NCBI RefSeq assembly: GCF_004010195.1
Contig: NC_057736.1
Location: forward strand, 14,120,062 to 14,184,061
Reading direction: 5' to 3'
DNA: 64,000 nt
Source: Chiloscyllium plagiosum
Taxonomy: Eukaryota
The notes under the pieces were generated by a model. The model saw nothing but the letters and a program-made list of their open reading frames with translations. It did not search any database and was not told where the DNA came from. The position numbers were made by a program, and so were the translations under genes. The number at the start of each line of letters is the position of its first letter. Position 1 is the stretch's first letter. Positions 1-28,489 of this stretch are shown one piece after another.

Positions 1-150
1 TCCCCCAAGTCCCTCCTCCCTACCTTTTATCTTAGCCTGCTGGACACACTTTCCTCATTCCTGAAGAAGGGCTTCTGCCCGAAACGTCGATTCTCCTGTT
101 CCTTGGATGCTGCCTGACCTGCTGCGCTTTTCCAGCAACACATTTTCAGC
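1..150 (+). mobile_element. Penelope-like element terminal repeat with minimal hammerhead motif
   Basis: CTGAAGA(61-67)-A-GGGC-TTCT-GCCC-GAAACGTC; same family as the copies at 6206, 21991 and 40338. Confidence 0.75.
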
Positions 151-3100
151 AACTGAATACATAAACCACTACAGGGATTGTCCACTATTATTTGTCCCAA
201 ATTCCCTGATATAGCTGCTCCTAGTCCCACTGTACTTTGCATCATCCTGAGCAACTCGCCTTTATTTTCAAATCTTTACATAGTCTTGCCACAACTATAT
301 CTTCACCCCACATACTGTGCTCTCTGACTCCAGTCAGCAAAGCAGGTACAAGTCCAGGACCACATTCTGAACTTGTTCTTATTGAGTTATTTTGTTTCCA
401 AGATTCTGTCAGCTGTTGATTGCTGATTTACAGTTTCCTTTCACTGCTGCCTCAATTATGCTATGGTTCAGTCCTGCCTACAAGTGAAGTGCAAAGGGGG
501 CTGCTGAAGTCACCACCATCCCCAAACATACTTGTGGGCTGGAATTAAGGGAGGAGTTTCAAAAGAAGGCATTTTGTTGGTAGTAAAGCGATTTCAGGTA
601 GTGGTGAAACTACAGTGAGATGGTGTGTAAAGCAGGAGTTGCTCCAGGGGAAGAGGTTGGTTTTTCCTTCCAGCAGTTATTAATGGGTTATTGCAAACAA
701 TTATTTGCTGAGAAACAGCAGCATTTGTTTAATATTTACCAAAGGAAGTAATCACTTTTATCATCTCCCACTGTTTGAGATTCACTGGTAATGTGGGTGA
801 CAGGTTAACAGAAGGCCACAGTAATACATTGAAACGATCAACACTGGTTAGACATGGATCACTATAGTGAGGACAGAGCCAGAGCATATAAAAATAGCCT
901 CCAATAAATAACTCACTGGACAAAATGTTATTGGACAGCAATATTTTATATGAACTTGAGTTGGGAATTCAGAAATCAGCACATCAATTAGAAATAAGAG
1001 TACAATTAAGACGTTTTTAAGTTGCCCTCACTTGTCCATAGGCTTCAGCTTCTCAAATAAGTGGGATCTTGTCTGGAAAAGTTTTGGTTAATCAACCTTG
1101 ATTTTGCTCAGTGCTAATAATTTCAATTCCATTTCGTGGCATGTGTTGCATAGACTGATTTCTTGCATTAAGCCATAACCTGCAGTTATCTAACCTGAGC
1201 CAGGGTAGTGCTATAATGCTACATGTTTAAAAATCCAACTGAGATTACTATATCTGGATGAAGCGTCACAAGTGAGCTAGTTCTCAGACCATTTTCTTTC
1301 CAGATTAGATGGCGGAGAAACATGATTAACTCCCAGTGATCTGTTTCATGCAGTTGCAAACTAGGCTGACAGTGTTGGAATTGGAGAGCAGTAGGTGGAT
1401 TTTTGCATTGACATTTCATGGGTTTGCAGCATCAGTCAAGTATTTTCATAATTTTTCCATTGCTCTTTGTTCCCATTTTCAGAGTTGTAAGGTGGATTTG
1501 TCAACTGCTACTCAAGATCTGCTACTCACTCCTAACAGTGTATATACCTGTAACAATCAATGGTCTTTGCCCATGATCCTTCCAGGCAGCTCCTGTCCAA
1601 TTTAAACTGATCCTGGCACCATACCCTTTTCCGCCAGCTCTGTAATCAATCCCACGCTAACTGCAGTAACCCACCCTCTCCTCATAGCCTCATATAATTT
1701 CCAAACTATCCAAATTTTACTCTTTTCAGTTGCCCTATAATTAATCTCAAAGCCTTACTTTCTGCATAGCCCATCAACTGAAAAACATAACTGAGCTAAC
1801 TGTCATCCTGCCCCTCTTCAGTAAACATCAACATCACATAGCTTTAACATTGCTGCTCTTCCAGCAATGGCTAAGGAATGTCAGAGCTGAGTAAACCTCA
1901 AACATTCTTTTGTGGCAGTAGGTTCACAATTTAAGATGAAAAGCAGGATAAGATGGCTCAACATTGGAGGATGACCTTAAGGCTTGTAGTTCAGGTTGTG
2001 GATGAGGTTGTTGACTTGCTTGCTCAGCTGTTAAGTTTGTTTGCAGACATCTTGTCACGTTACTAGGTAACATCATCAGTGCACCTCCAATGAACGATGG
2101 GTTTGACTGTAAAGACCCACAATCCAAGTATGAGTTTGACAGTAAAGACCCATGACTCTGACAAGTCACTGTACAAAGAACAGCAAGCATAGTCTGTGAC
2201 CAGTGGACTTGGAACCAGTAGCAATGGTGGAGTTTCTGAACTCTGCTCCACTTGCCAATACTTATCCTGAAGCATCTGAATTCACAGTTTAAATTAAGTT
2301 AAAACAAGTTAGAAATACAAAAAAAAATGGAAATATTCAATGTTTGTCAGAGACAACTAACAGGTTCACTTATATTTCACCAACTTAAATTTATTTATCA
2401 GGTTCAACTGTAAAATATCCTGAAGTAGTTCACAACATGAAATGTAGTATCAAACACAGGTATAAAGAACAGCTTGGTCAAAGCATTATGTTTTAAAGAA
2501 TACTTCAAAAGGGAGAGGGAGACTTTGGATTTGAGAATTCTTAAAATTAAGACGTTACTGGACTGGGATCCAGTGTAAATTACTGAACATAGAGGTAACA
2601 AATAAATGTGACCTGGTGCAAGTTCAGATAAAGGCACAAGAGCTTTGGATGGGATTGGATCAATGAAAGGAAGATGGGATGCTGACTGGACCAGGCTGAG
2701 ACAGGTGATAATGCAGAGGTAGGATATGTAATGGTGGTGATGGAAAACAGATTGGATCAAAAACTTGTGTTGGGTTCAAATAGGTCATCAATTTGTATCC
2801 TCTTCATGAGACTGAACCAATCAGTAGCTAATCCTTAACAATTGTTACTGCAACACGTAAACTGGAATTCTGTGCTGATAATTATGCCAGATTTGTCAAC
2901 CACTGCTCAAGGTCTGCTACTCACTCCCAGCAGTGTGTACTTTTATCAGTTAACTCTATGTAAAGATCCTTCCGGACAGCCCTATCCAACTTATAAGGAC
3001 AACTTGCACCTGTATTAAAGCAGACTGTGGATCATAGTGAAATAAAGGGAGCTAGAATTAGGGCCTTGATTCCTTTTGAACCGCTCTTCCCAATTGTATG

Positions 3101-3412
3101 AATCCCTTCATCCACTGAGCTTTCCCAATTTGAGAACTCTGATGTACCCTGGTTCCATTACAAAACACGAACCTCCTAAAAACCAGAAAAATCTTCACCT
3201 CTAGATACAGGCCACAGAAGTAAAACATTGGCATTTCAATGTGGCACTTTCTTCTTGGTCTAGAGATAGAACCATTACTGTCAGACCTTTTTAGAGTGTG
3301 CCTTTACCACTTATAATGCCTTAACTTAGTGTACTGCTACTGAACAAACAAGGTTAATGTAGCTTAATACAAGGACAATGAATCACAGCAAGACAATAGC
3401 TGGTGGCTTGAC

Positions 3413-3418
3413 TTTATT
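3413..3418 (-). terminator. Candidate NUDC polyadenylation signal
   Basis: AATAAA on - strand about 1 kb after the stop codon. Confidence 0.45.
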
Positions 3419-4406
3419 GAGAAATGAATTCCAGCATCATGTCCAAGTGCATCAATGCAAACAAATTAAAAATAAACAACATACCCCATGAGGGCCAGCA
3501 CTGCACTCAACAATTTATCTAGCCACCCTGTTACTGACCTGGAAACACTGAGACAAGGAAATTGAGAGCAATGACCCTGATATTTACAATATTTGGCCTT
3601 CACCTGGCACAGCATGGCAGTTCAATCAACCGGATGACTTCAAAACTTAAACACAAAGTAGCCCATCTGTGGCAATATAGACATGACTGGGCCAAGGCAT
3701 TTGTTAAGTAACCGGCAAGAAACATCTGATTGCAATCTCATCCTGCATCAAGTATTGGCAGGTGGTTTTGCATAGTGCACACTGACAGTTTCATTGAAAG
3801 GGAAAGCTTCTAATATTTTCATTTGCAAAACATGCTGGTCAAAATGAGCTATTGATGCACTGAATGCCTAATTGATCTTAGTGGAGAATAGGGGGAAATA
3901 ACAAATCCATTGAGCAAGTACTGGGTAACATCTCTCTACAGAGTGTTTAGCAGGATGTTGCTTAAACTCACTGAAAAGGAAATGAGGGCCCCAACTGTAC
4001 ATAGAGAGATTATCAGAACAACACGAGAGACAAAAATGAGTGAGGTGATAGCAACACATGTTTCACATCTCCCCCAGTTGCCATGTAGCAATCAGGAGGA
4101 ACACTTAAAAGGTAATTTTTAAAAAGTAACCAAGTTTACAACAAACCTACAAATTGGCATCACCAGAAGGTGCTTGGATAGTTATGTGAGATCAGCCAGA
4201 AAATGACATTGTTAATGGATGCCAGCATGGTGACTGCACTGCAGCTGCCAGGTTCACACTTGCTCTCCACACAATGAATAACCTGAATGATTTACAAGCT
4301 CAGAAACCAGGTTTCACAGCTTGAGGTGATGCCCAAAGGGAGTCTTTCCAGAAAAAAATCTTCCAACAGTCTGGGTATCCCCTCCAGCTCCAGGAAAGAT
4401 GCATTT

Positions 4407-20420
<16,014 letters not shown>

Positions 20421-20489
20421 CGTTTCTCCGACTCAGTGCTGCTCCCCTCAAGCTGTCGCTCAACCACGCGTTACAGGCCCCAGGCCACT

Positions 20490-20665
20490 CACCCGGAAGT
20501 CGTGTGCCGCCGGGGTCAAGGGTTGATGGACAGGTCTTTCAACCAATCATCAGACGCGCCGATCCATTACGTTGACGTTAAACCAATAGAATGAACGTGG
20601 GTGTGACGCATACTGTACGGTCACCAAGGTAACTGGAACATTCGGGAATCGGGCCCTAGCAACCA
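20490..20665 (-). promoter_or_regulatory. NUDC proximal CpG-rich promoter
   Basis: ETS CCGGAAGT 20493-20500; CCAAT at 20543 and 20583; RFX X-box GTCACCAAGGTAAC 20620-20633; HSE gGAAcaTTCggGAAt 20635-20649; RFX half-site CCTAGCAAC 20655-20663. Confidence 0.75.
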
Positions 20666-20984
20666 GGGCCTCAACAAAAGCCTCAGTTGCATGGGCCCTT
20701 ATGGTGCGGAGGAAATCTCACTAACTTTGAGCCAGGCGGTCCATACATAAAAGTACCGTGCCCGATTGTGTGGCTCGAAATTAGCTTGGGATTGTTTAAA
20801 AAGTCCCAGACCATGGGAAAATCTCTTCACAGAATTGTAACACCACGGAAGGAGCCCATTGTACCTGCATCAATTTTGTCCCTTAGTCCCTGTCTTCTGC
20901 CTTTTACACTCCACTGGTCACTGCATACCATTTCTACCTAAATAATCACCACATTTCTTGACAGTACATCCCATGTCTGGGAAA

Positions 20985-21670
20985 GTTTTGGTTTTGTCTG
21001 AAACCCTTCATCTGGAGTGGGTGGGGGAGATGGGAGGTGCTGGGTTGTATGGTGATAGGTGGATTCAGGTAAGGGATTAATGTGATTCCAGTGGGAAGAC
21101 TGGAGTGGATAAATGCATAGAACAATGGGCAGATTAGGTCAGGTTGGGAGGTGAGGAGGAAGGGGCTGCTGGACATGGAGGATTTCAAGAGCTGGTGAAA
21201 TCAATTGAGGCCATTGGCTGCAAGCTCCCCAGGCAAAATATTAGTGTTGTTCCTCCAGTTTGTTTGGCCTCACTCTGACTGTGGAGGAGGCCAAGGATCT
21301 ACTGTCAAGTAAGGTCAACTGTAAATTGGAGGAACAACACCTGAGGGAGCTTACTGCCCAATGACCTCAATATCAACTTCACCAGCTTCAAAATCCCTCC
21401 ACTGCCTATCTCCTTGCCTCCCTAACCCGCCCATCTTCCTACCCACTCCACCCCTCTCACTACCAATGAAAATAACCCCCCTACCTACCCTTCCCCGGCC
21501 CCACCAACTGCACCCCACCCCATATATATCTGGGCCTGCTCCCCGGGCCTGATGAAGTTTCAGACTGAAACGTTGACTTTCCTGCTCCTTGGATGCTGTC
21601 TGACTTGCTGCGCTTTCCCAACTTCACATCTATTGATTCTGGATTCTAGTATCTGCAGTCATTACTGTTT
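20985..21670. mobile_element. Decayed head-to-head Penelope-like 3' ends
   Basis: KLEEQHL...GSLLPNDLNINFTSFK-like C-terminal remnants on both strands around 21300; terminal repeat with CTGATGA...GAAACGTT at 21549. Confidence 0.6.
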
Positions 21671-21990
21671 CCACATCCCATATCTTAACTGCTTGCTAAG
21701 TTTTTTTTTGCACATCACCCTTGCTTCTTTTAGAACATCACTTTAAATTTATGACCTCTTATTCTTTCTTCCTTTTACAAGAAGGAACAACTTCTCCCAA
21801 TCTACTACATTCAACCAGTTCATGATTTTGAAAACCTCTATCAAATTACCTCTTAGCCTTCTTCCAAGGAGAATAATCCCAACTTCTTAAAACTATCCTC
21901 ATAACAGAGGTTTCTCATTCCTGGAACCATTCCTGTAAACTGCTTCTGCACTGTCTCCCAAGCATACACATCTTTCCTATAATATGGTAT

Positions 21991-22200
21991 CTTTATTGCT
22001 GGAACAGCACAGCAGGTCAGGCAGCATCCAGGGAACAGGAGATTCGACGTTTCGGGCACAGGCCCTTCTTCAGATTCCTGAAGAAGGGCCTGTGCCCGAA
22101 ACGTCGAATCTCCTGTTCCCTGGATGCTGCCTGACCTGCTGTGCTGTTCCAGCAATAAAGTTTCAACTTTGATCTCCAGCATCTGCAGACCTCACTTTCT
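21991..22200. mobile_element. PLE-derived inverted-repeat insertion nested in an old CR1
   Basis: 83-bp arms 21991-22073/22078-22160; TSD TCCTATAATATGGTATC at 21975-21991 and 22200-22216. Confidence 0.85.
22072..22111 (+). ncRNA. Minimal type I hammerhead ribozyme motif
   Basis: AGATTC-CTGAAGA-A-GGGC-CTGT-GCCC-GAAAC-GTC-GAATCT, with a 6-bp stem I. Confidence 0.72.
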
Positions 22201-22589
22201 CCTATAATATGGTATCCACAATTGTACACAATATTCCAGCTGAGGTCTAACAAATGCCTTGTCTAATTTCAATATCATCTCCCTGCGCTTGTATTCCACG
22301 TACTTATTAATAATGTCAAGATCACTGTGTGTTTTGTTAACATATAGACTCAGACCAGTCTGCTCCTGCATCCCCTTTTGAACTGTACCTCCCCATATAT
22401 TATCTTTAATGTGGAGTAGCTGGTAAGAGGATATACAGGCATTGTGGAAGGCATTAGTCAGAAACCAGAGCAGGTCAGAGTCTGACTTTTAAGAGTATGA
22501 AAGGGTAGAATACCCCACTTGCAGATGAGGCTAGAACCAGGGGATATAAATGTAATCACAAATAACTTCTTGGAAGCAGGTTTTGAGAA

Positions 22590-23070
22590 GATTTGTGGTT
22601 CAGGTTGAGGTTTTGGATGTAATTTTGCTCGCTGAGCTGGAAGGTTCATTTTCAGACATTTCATTACCATACCAGCTAACGTCATTAGTGAGCTTCCGGT
22701 AAAGCACTAATGGTAGGTATGGCCTGCTTTTTATTTATGTGATTAGCTTTCTTTGGGTTTGTATGTCATTTCCTGTGGGATGTCATTTCCTGTTCTTTTT
22801 CTCAGGGTTGGTAGTAAATGGGATCCAAGTCAATATGTTTGTTGATAGAGTTCCGGTTGGAATGCCATGCTTCTAGGAATCCCATTTAACACCCCCTGAA
22901 AAAAAAAGAAAATGACATCACCAACTCAGGGAAACCTAAACACATAAATAAAAAGCTTTACCACCACTGCTTTACTGGAGGCTCACTGATGATGTTATCT
23001 TGTATGGTAACGAAATGTCTGAAAAATGAACCTTCCAGCTCAGCAAGCAAACTTATATCCAGAACTCCTT
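22590..23070. mobile_element. Inverted pair of PLE 3' termini (second family)
   Basis: 22620-22705 is the reverse complement of about 22970-23060; a related single copy lies at 1990-2090 (-). Confidence 0.6.
22983..23022 (+). ncRNA. Hammerhead motif of a second PLE family (slightly decayed)
   Basis: TCA-CTGATGA-T-GTTATC-TTGTAT-GGTAAC-GAAA-TGTC-TGA. Confidence 0.55.
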
Positions 23071-23169
23071 GGGAATTCTGCACAAATTCATTTATCCAGA
23101 GATTTATTTTTGTGGGTAGGGTATAGACATCATCAGCAATGTTGGCATTTGTTGTTCATACTTCACCTT

Positions 23170-23513
23170 TGGAGTAGTAATGCTCGATTATTAATCCATA
23201 AACTCAACTAATGTTCTGGGGACCCTGGGTTCAAATCCTGCCATGGCAGATGGTGGAATTTGAATTCAATAAAGAATATGGAAATAAGGGCGTACTGATG
23301 ACCACGAACCATTGCTGATTGTAGGAAAAAAACATCTGATTCACTGATGTCCTTTAAGGAAGGAAATCAGTTATCCTTACCTGGTCTTCCAGACATGTAA
23401 TTCCAAACCCACAGCCATTTGGTAGACTTTTAACTGCTCTCTAGGCAATTAGGATGGGCAATAAATGCTGGCCTAGACAGAGAAGCCGACGTCCCATAAA
23501 TGAATTAAAAAAA
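23170..23513 (+). mobile_element. Old tRNA-headed SINE; related copy at about 17317-17830
   Basis: GGGTTCAAATCC B-box, shared body, tail ggcaattaggatgggcaataaatgctggcc followed by an A-tract. Confidence 0.65.
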
Positions 23514-24030
23514 CACATCTTTGGAAGTAGTTAAGAGTCAATCATATTAATGTGGATCTGGAACTACCTGTAGGTCACTGAGTAAAGGTGGTGGGTTTCT
23601 TTTCTAAAGTGTATTAGTGAACCACATGGGTTTTAACCTCAAAACAAATTATCTAGTCTTTATTACTTTGGCACTCAGCTGCTTTGTTTCTTACATTACA
23701 GTGATGAAGTTCTTTGGTACATCCTGAGATTGTGAGTACAATTACTGATAAATTACTTTTATTTTGTTGTCTTCCAGAGTTCTGTATACAGTACAATTAG
23801 GTACTCTGTGGTCAACAATTGTCTTACATAGTTTGCTTCACCTACACGGTTGCATTTTACAAGCTAGGTGTTCATTGGGATAAGATAAATTTCTCCATAT
23901 ATTTGAGGTCAATTAATTATTTCTGATAAAATATTTATCAATAGGCATTTTACAATAGAGATTGAAAACATAGGAACAGAAGGATGCTATTCAATTCCTC
24001 AATTCTGCTTGTTATTCTGTTAAATCATAA

Positions 24031-24788
24031 TTAGTCATAGAGATGTACAGCATGGAAACGTACCCTTCGGTCCAACCCGTCCATGCCAACCAGATATCCC
24101 AACCCAATCTCGTCCCACCTGCCAGCAACTGGCCCATATCCCTCCAAACCCTTCCTATTCATATACCCATCCAAATGCCTCTTAAATGTTGCAATTGTAC
24201 CAGCCTCCACCACTTCCTCTGGCAGCTCATTCCATACATATACCACCGTCTGTGTGAAAAAGTTGCCCGTAGGTCTCTTTTATATCTTTCCCCTCTCATC
24301 CTAAACCTATGCCCTCTAATTCTGGACTCCCTGACCGCAGGGAAAAGACTTTGCATATTTACCCAATCCATGCCCCTCATAATTTTGTAAACCTCTATAA
24401 GGTCACCCCTCAGCCTCCGACGCTCCAGGGAAAACAGCCACAGCCTGTTCAGCCTCTCCCTATATCTCAAATCTGTTCAGCAACACTCCCTAGGGCCTTA
24501 CCATTAAGTGTATAAGTCCTGCTAAGATTTGCTTTCCCAAAATGCAGCACCTCGCATTTATCTGAATTAAACTCCATCTGCCACTTCTCAGCCCATTGGC
24601 CAATCTGGTCAAGATCCTGTTGTAATCTGAGGTAACCCTCTTCGCTGTGCACTACACCTCCAATTTTGGTGTCATCTGCAAACCTACTAACTGTACCTCT
24701 TATGCTCGCATCCAAATCATTTATGTAAATGACAAAAAGTAGAGGACCCAGCACTGATCCTTATGGTACTCCACTGGTCACAGGCCTC
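24031..24788 (-). mobile_element. 5'-truncated CR1 LINE
   Basis: LGPLLFVIYINDLD, FADDTK, RRLRGDLIEVYK. Confidence 0.9.
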
Positions 24789-25119
24789 AATTGCTCTGTT
24801 TCTCAACTCAATTTTCTCACCTTTTCTTCTTATGCCTTGATACCCTAGCCTAATTTTAAAAATTATGAACCTGTTTTGAAAATGATTAGAACTGAAAATC
24901 CAGTTTGCCTTCTCTCTAGTGCAACAACTGTGAAGTTAATCATAGCAGTTCTGTTGCTGCTGGATTGAAGATTAGCAAACAACACAGAGTGGACTTGAAC
25001 CAGGAACATTCCAGACTGTGAACTTTCTCTGTGCATTTACTCATTGTTACTTATGAGTTTGATTGAAACATTATAGTTTGGAACACTTGGTGAGGCTGCG
25101 GTTGCTTTATTTATAATAG

Positions 25120-25510
25120 TGATCTGATATCAGATAGAATTGTTTATGAGCTTATTTGTTTCAAGGCTACATTCAACAAATATTCCTTATCTAATTAGCC
25201 TGATATCACTTTCTGTAACTGAGTGTATCTGATTGGTGTTCTGTTAATGGCCTCTTGCAGTCCTTGGTGCATCGGTACAACATGGGTTTAAAGTCTGTGT
25301 ACATAACATCAGGTAATCAAGATAAGCCACTTCCATCTGTCTAACCTGCTGTTTCATTGAAAAAAATCTTATCTGCTGCTGGCCTGCACCATAGAGATAT
25401 GTCTCTTGGCCAATTAGTTACTGTCAGCTTATATTTTTTTCAATGAAAGCTGCTTGTTCTTTCTGGCCAAGGTCACTTCTAGTTTTTGAATGAAACAATA
25501 TAAATAGTCT
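25120..25510 (+). promoter_or_regulatory. NR0B2 TATA promoter with NR5A (LRH-1/SF-1) and GATA-type sites
   Basis: TATAAAT 25499-25505; CCAAGGTCA 25467-25475; TCAAGGCTA 25161-25169; several AGATAA/TTATCT motifs. Confidence 0.65.
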
Positions 25511-25760
25511 CAGGTATAAGCAGCTCAGTCGCTGCCTGTGGAAGCGTGTGCTGCATTGGGAGCTGTAGACAAGCATACCTGATCCTTCTCAGCCAACTCT
25601 TGTTCAGCAGAGTTCCAAAACTGGTTGTTTGAAACGTTAGAGAATTTAGAGAGTTTGGTTTCCAGTTAAAGTTAATACTTCAAACTACCTTTAATTTGTT
25701 AACACCATTACAGTCAGAGAGCTAAATTCCGAGCAATCGTGGTTTGCTAGTGAGGTGGTT

Positions 25761-26289
25761 ATGGCTTGTGTAAATGTTCTGTCTGATAAGTGCCAACATG
25801 ATTCTGGGAAGCGACAGAATGCAATCTTATACACCATCCTGAGCCAACGTGGAGACTACAAGTTCTCACATCACAACTGCTCCTGTGAAGTCAGACGGAC
25901 TGTTAGCTTGAAGACTCCCCTTGTTACCTGTCAGGTGGTATCCGATGTGTTGGCAAAGACAATCAGTTTTATGAGGAACCTCCCTTCATTCGATCATCTT
26001 CCCAGATCAGACCAACTGCTATTGCTGGAGAGCTGCTGGCCCCCATTATTTCTGTTAGGATTGGCTCAAGATAGAGTGAGCTTCGAGGTGACAGAGACCC
26101 CAAGTCACAGCATGCTGAAGAGAATCTTGCTGAATGGACCAAGCCTGCTCAGGACAGAAGAAGAAGGGAGTTGGCAGCCAACACTGGCTGGTGTACACAG
26201 AATAAAAATGTGTCTGAACAAATTCCAGGGCCTGGATCTAAGTCCCAAGGAGTATGCATACCTGAAAGGAGCTATCCTGTTCAACCCTG
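25761..26289 (+). CDS. NR0B2: NR0B2 coding exon 1
   Basis: ATG 25761 within ORF 25755..26336; donor GTAATT. Confidence 0.93.
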
Positions 26290-27721
26290 GTAATTATAAC
26301 AGCCTCTGTTTTTATTCCAATGTGCAACGAACCTAGGAAATTGTATAGGTGAGGTGTTTTTTAAAAAAAGTCACAAATTTGCTGCCACCCCCTTGAGTCC
26401 AGCAATAATTCTACCACATCGTAGTAAGGGGTTAGTACCAGACATAGGTCAGGAATCAAGGGATCTCTGTACTTCCTGGATAAATAACTGGTGTGATTAT
26501 TTCCTCACTTCAGAATCGTCCATAGGCTCCCCCCTCCCCACAACATACTTTTCTCCGATGCCTTTAAGAAGATTTCCAGCACTCAGAGTCACAGAGATTT
26601 ACAGCAAGGAAACAGGCCTTTCGGCCCAACTTGTCAATGCTGCCCCAGTTTTCACAATTAATCTAGTCCCATTTGCCTGTGATGGTCCATATTTCTCCAT
26701 TTCTATGCCATCCATGTACCTGCCTAAATGTTTCTTAAATGACAAAATTGTACTTGCCTCCACCACGAACTGTGTGAAACAATTGCCCCTCTGGACCTTT
26801 CTGTATCTCTCCCCTCTAACCTTAAACCTCTGCCCTCTAATTTTAGACTCCATTACCATGGGGAAAAGCTGTCGGCTATCTACCTTATTTATGCTTCTCA
26901 TAATTTTATGGACTTCTACAAAGTGACCCCTCAGTCTCCCACACTCCACGAGAAAAAGTCTCAGCCTCTCCTTTTAACTCAAACCTTCCAGTCCAGGTAA
27001 CTTCCTAGTAAATCTTTTCTGCAATCCTTCTAGTTTAATAATATCCTTTCGATAGTAGGGGAACCAGAATTGCAGGCAGTATCCCAAATGTGCCTCACCA
27101 ACGTCTTGTTCAGCTGCAACAAGTCGTCTCAATTCCTATACCCTATGCCCTGAACAGTGAAAACAAGCAAGCCAAAAGCCCCTTTCGAGGAGCTATGAAC
27201 CTGTACCTCTAAATCTTTGTTTCCGGGTCGGACTGTCCTGCTCAGAGTGCGGTGGAGAGCTTGGTTATGGATCTGATCAGACAGCGAGATTTCCAACAAG
27301 TTGGAAATGCAAAATAAACCCGCAGCTAGTATGTTTGAGTCAGGAAGCAAGCTCCCACCTGAAACACCAAACGTTTGATTCCAGCGGCTAATGGACATGC
27401 TGTGCTTCTAATTCCTTTTGCTCTGTCGTGCGCCTCTTTCCTGGGGAGTTTGCTCTGATCTCATTCATGCTCCTGTCTTTTGCAGATCTACCTGGACTCC
27501 GAGCTGCTCCCTACATTGAGAGCCTTCAGCGGGAAGCGCAGCGTGCCCTGTATGAGATCCTGGTGCCGGCCAAGGACAGTAGCCGCTTCGCCTGTATTTT
27601 ACTCGCCGTGTCCGCCCTGAAAACTGTCAGCACCGGGCTCATCGTCGAGCTCTTCTTCAGGCCGATGATCGGGCCAGCAAACATGAAAGAGCTACTGTTT
27701 GAAATGCTATATTCACGGTGA
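25761..27721 (+). CDS. NR0B2: Small heterodimer partner (SHP), nuclear receptor 0B2, spliced CDS, 254 aa
   Basis: Exons 25761-26289 and 27486-27721, phase-1 intron at FNP/D. LBD-only receptor: ILYTILS box, FMRNLPSFDHLPRSDQLLLLESCWPPLFLLGLAQ, LDLSPKEYAYLKGAILFNP, LFFRPMIG...LLFEML. Syntenic with NUDC/GPATCH3, which favours NR0B2 over NR0B1. Confidence 0.95.
26583..27220 (-). mobile_element. CR1 3' fragment in the NR0B2 intron
   Basis: RLRGHFVEVHKIM...SFKKHLGRYM. Confidence 0.8.
27486..27721 (+). CDS. NR0B2: NR0B2 coding exon 2
   Basis: tttgcag acceptor; DLPGLRAAPYIESLQREAQ...EMLYSR*; AATAAA at 27828. Confidence 0.94.
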
Positions 27722-28489
27722 AGAAATCGGGGTCTGACTGCACCTCACCTCAGCCCAGCCGTATCACTTGCCATTCGCTGCCTATCCACAACTCAATATT
27801 GTTTTGTATTAATTTTGTTTTATCTTGAATAAAATTGGTTTGGAAGACTGGACATTTTATCAGAGGCACTTTTACTGTGTCAGAATTCTGGTTTCTAATT
27901 GAAAGAAATCCTCAGGTTTAAAAATAGACATTTAATTAAGTTTGTCAGTGGCAGTCATTGCTAATTGATTTCCATCCTGTACCATCCGGGGCCAACTGGT
28001 AAATGTCCAGCCGTTTTGGAAATAAATCCATCTATGTGTGGATTGGATGCATAGGAACTGGAATAGGCTATTCAGCAAATATTAAAGCAAAATACTGCTG
28101 TTACTGGAAATCTTGAAATAAAAACAGGAAATGACCATAAGACCAGAAGAAATATGAACTGGAGTAGGCCGTTTGGTCCCTCAAGCCAGCTGTGCCATTC
28201 AATAGAATCACGGCTGATCCCACATTTCTCACCATGGAACACCAGGCCATTGTGTCCACAACAGCCACTAATCTCATTTCACCTGGTGATCTTCCCACCC
28301 TGCTCTCCCCACCATTGCTTTCAAGCTCATTTAACCCTAAACCTGCACAGCCTGCTTCTACCTCTTTCCCAAAATCTGTAAACAGGGCATTCAGTGAGAC
28401 CCATTGTTTCTGCCTGCTTCTTCCCCACAGAACTGATCTTTTCCTACCTCAATTCCTTCTCCTTTGTCTAGTCTCTTCCCACTTACATT

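Noticed and set aside
300-3400. Terminal exon of KDF1, the expected neighbour of NUDC
   Set aside because: No KDF1-like peptide was recognisable in this stretch.
25755-27721. Assignment as NR0B1/DAX1
   Set aside because: Single short N-terminal LXXLL-like box, about 254 aa length and NUDC/GPATCH3 synteny all point to NR0B2.
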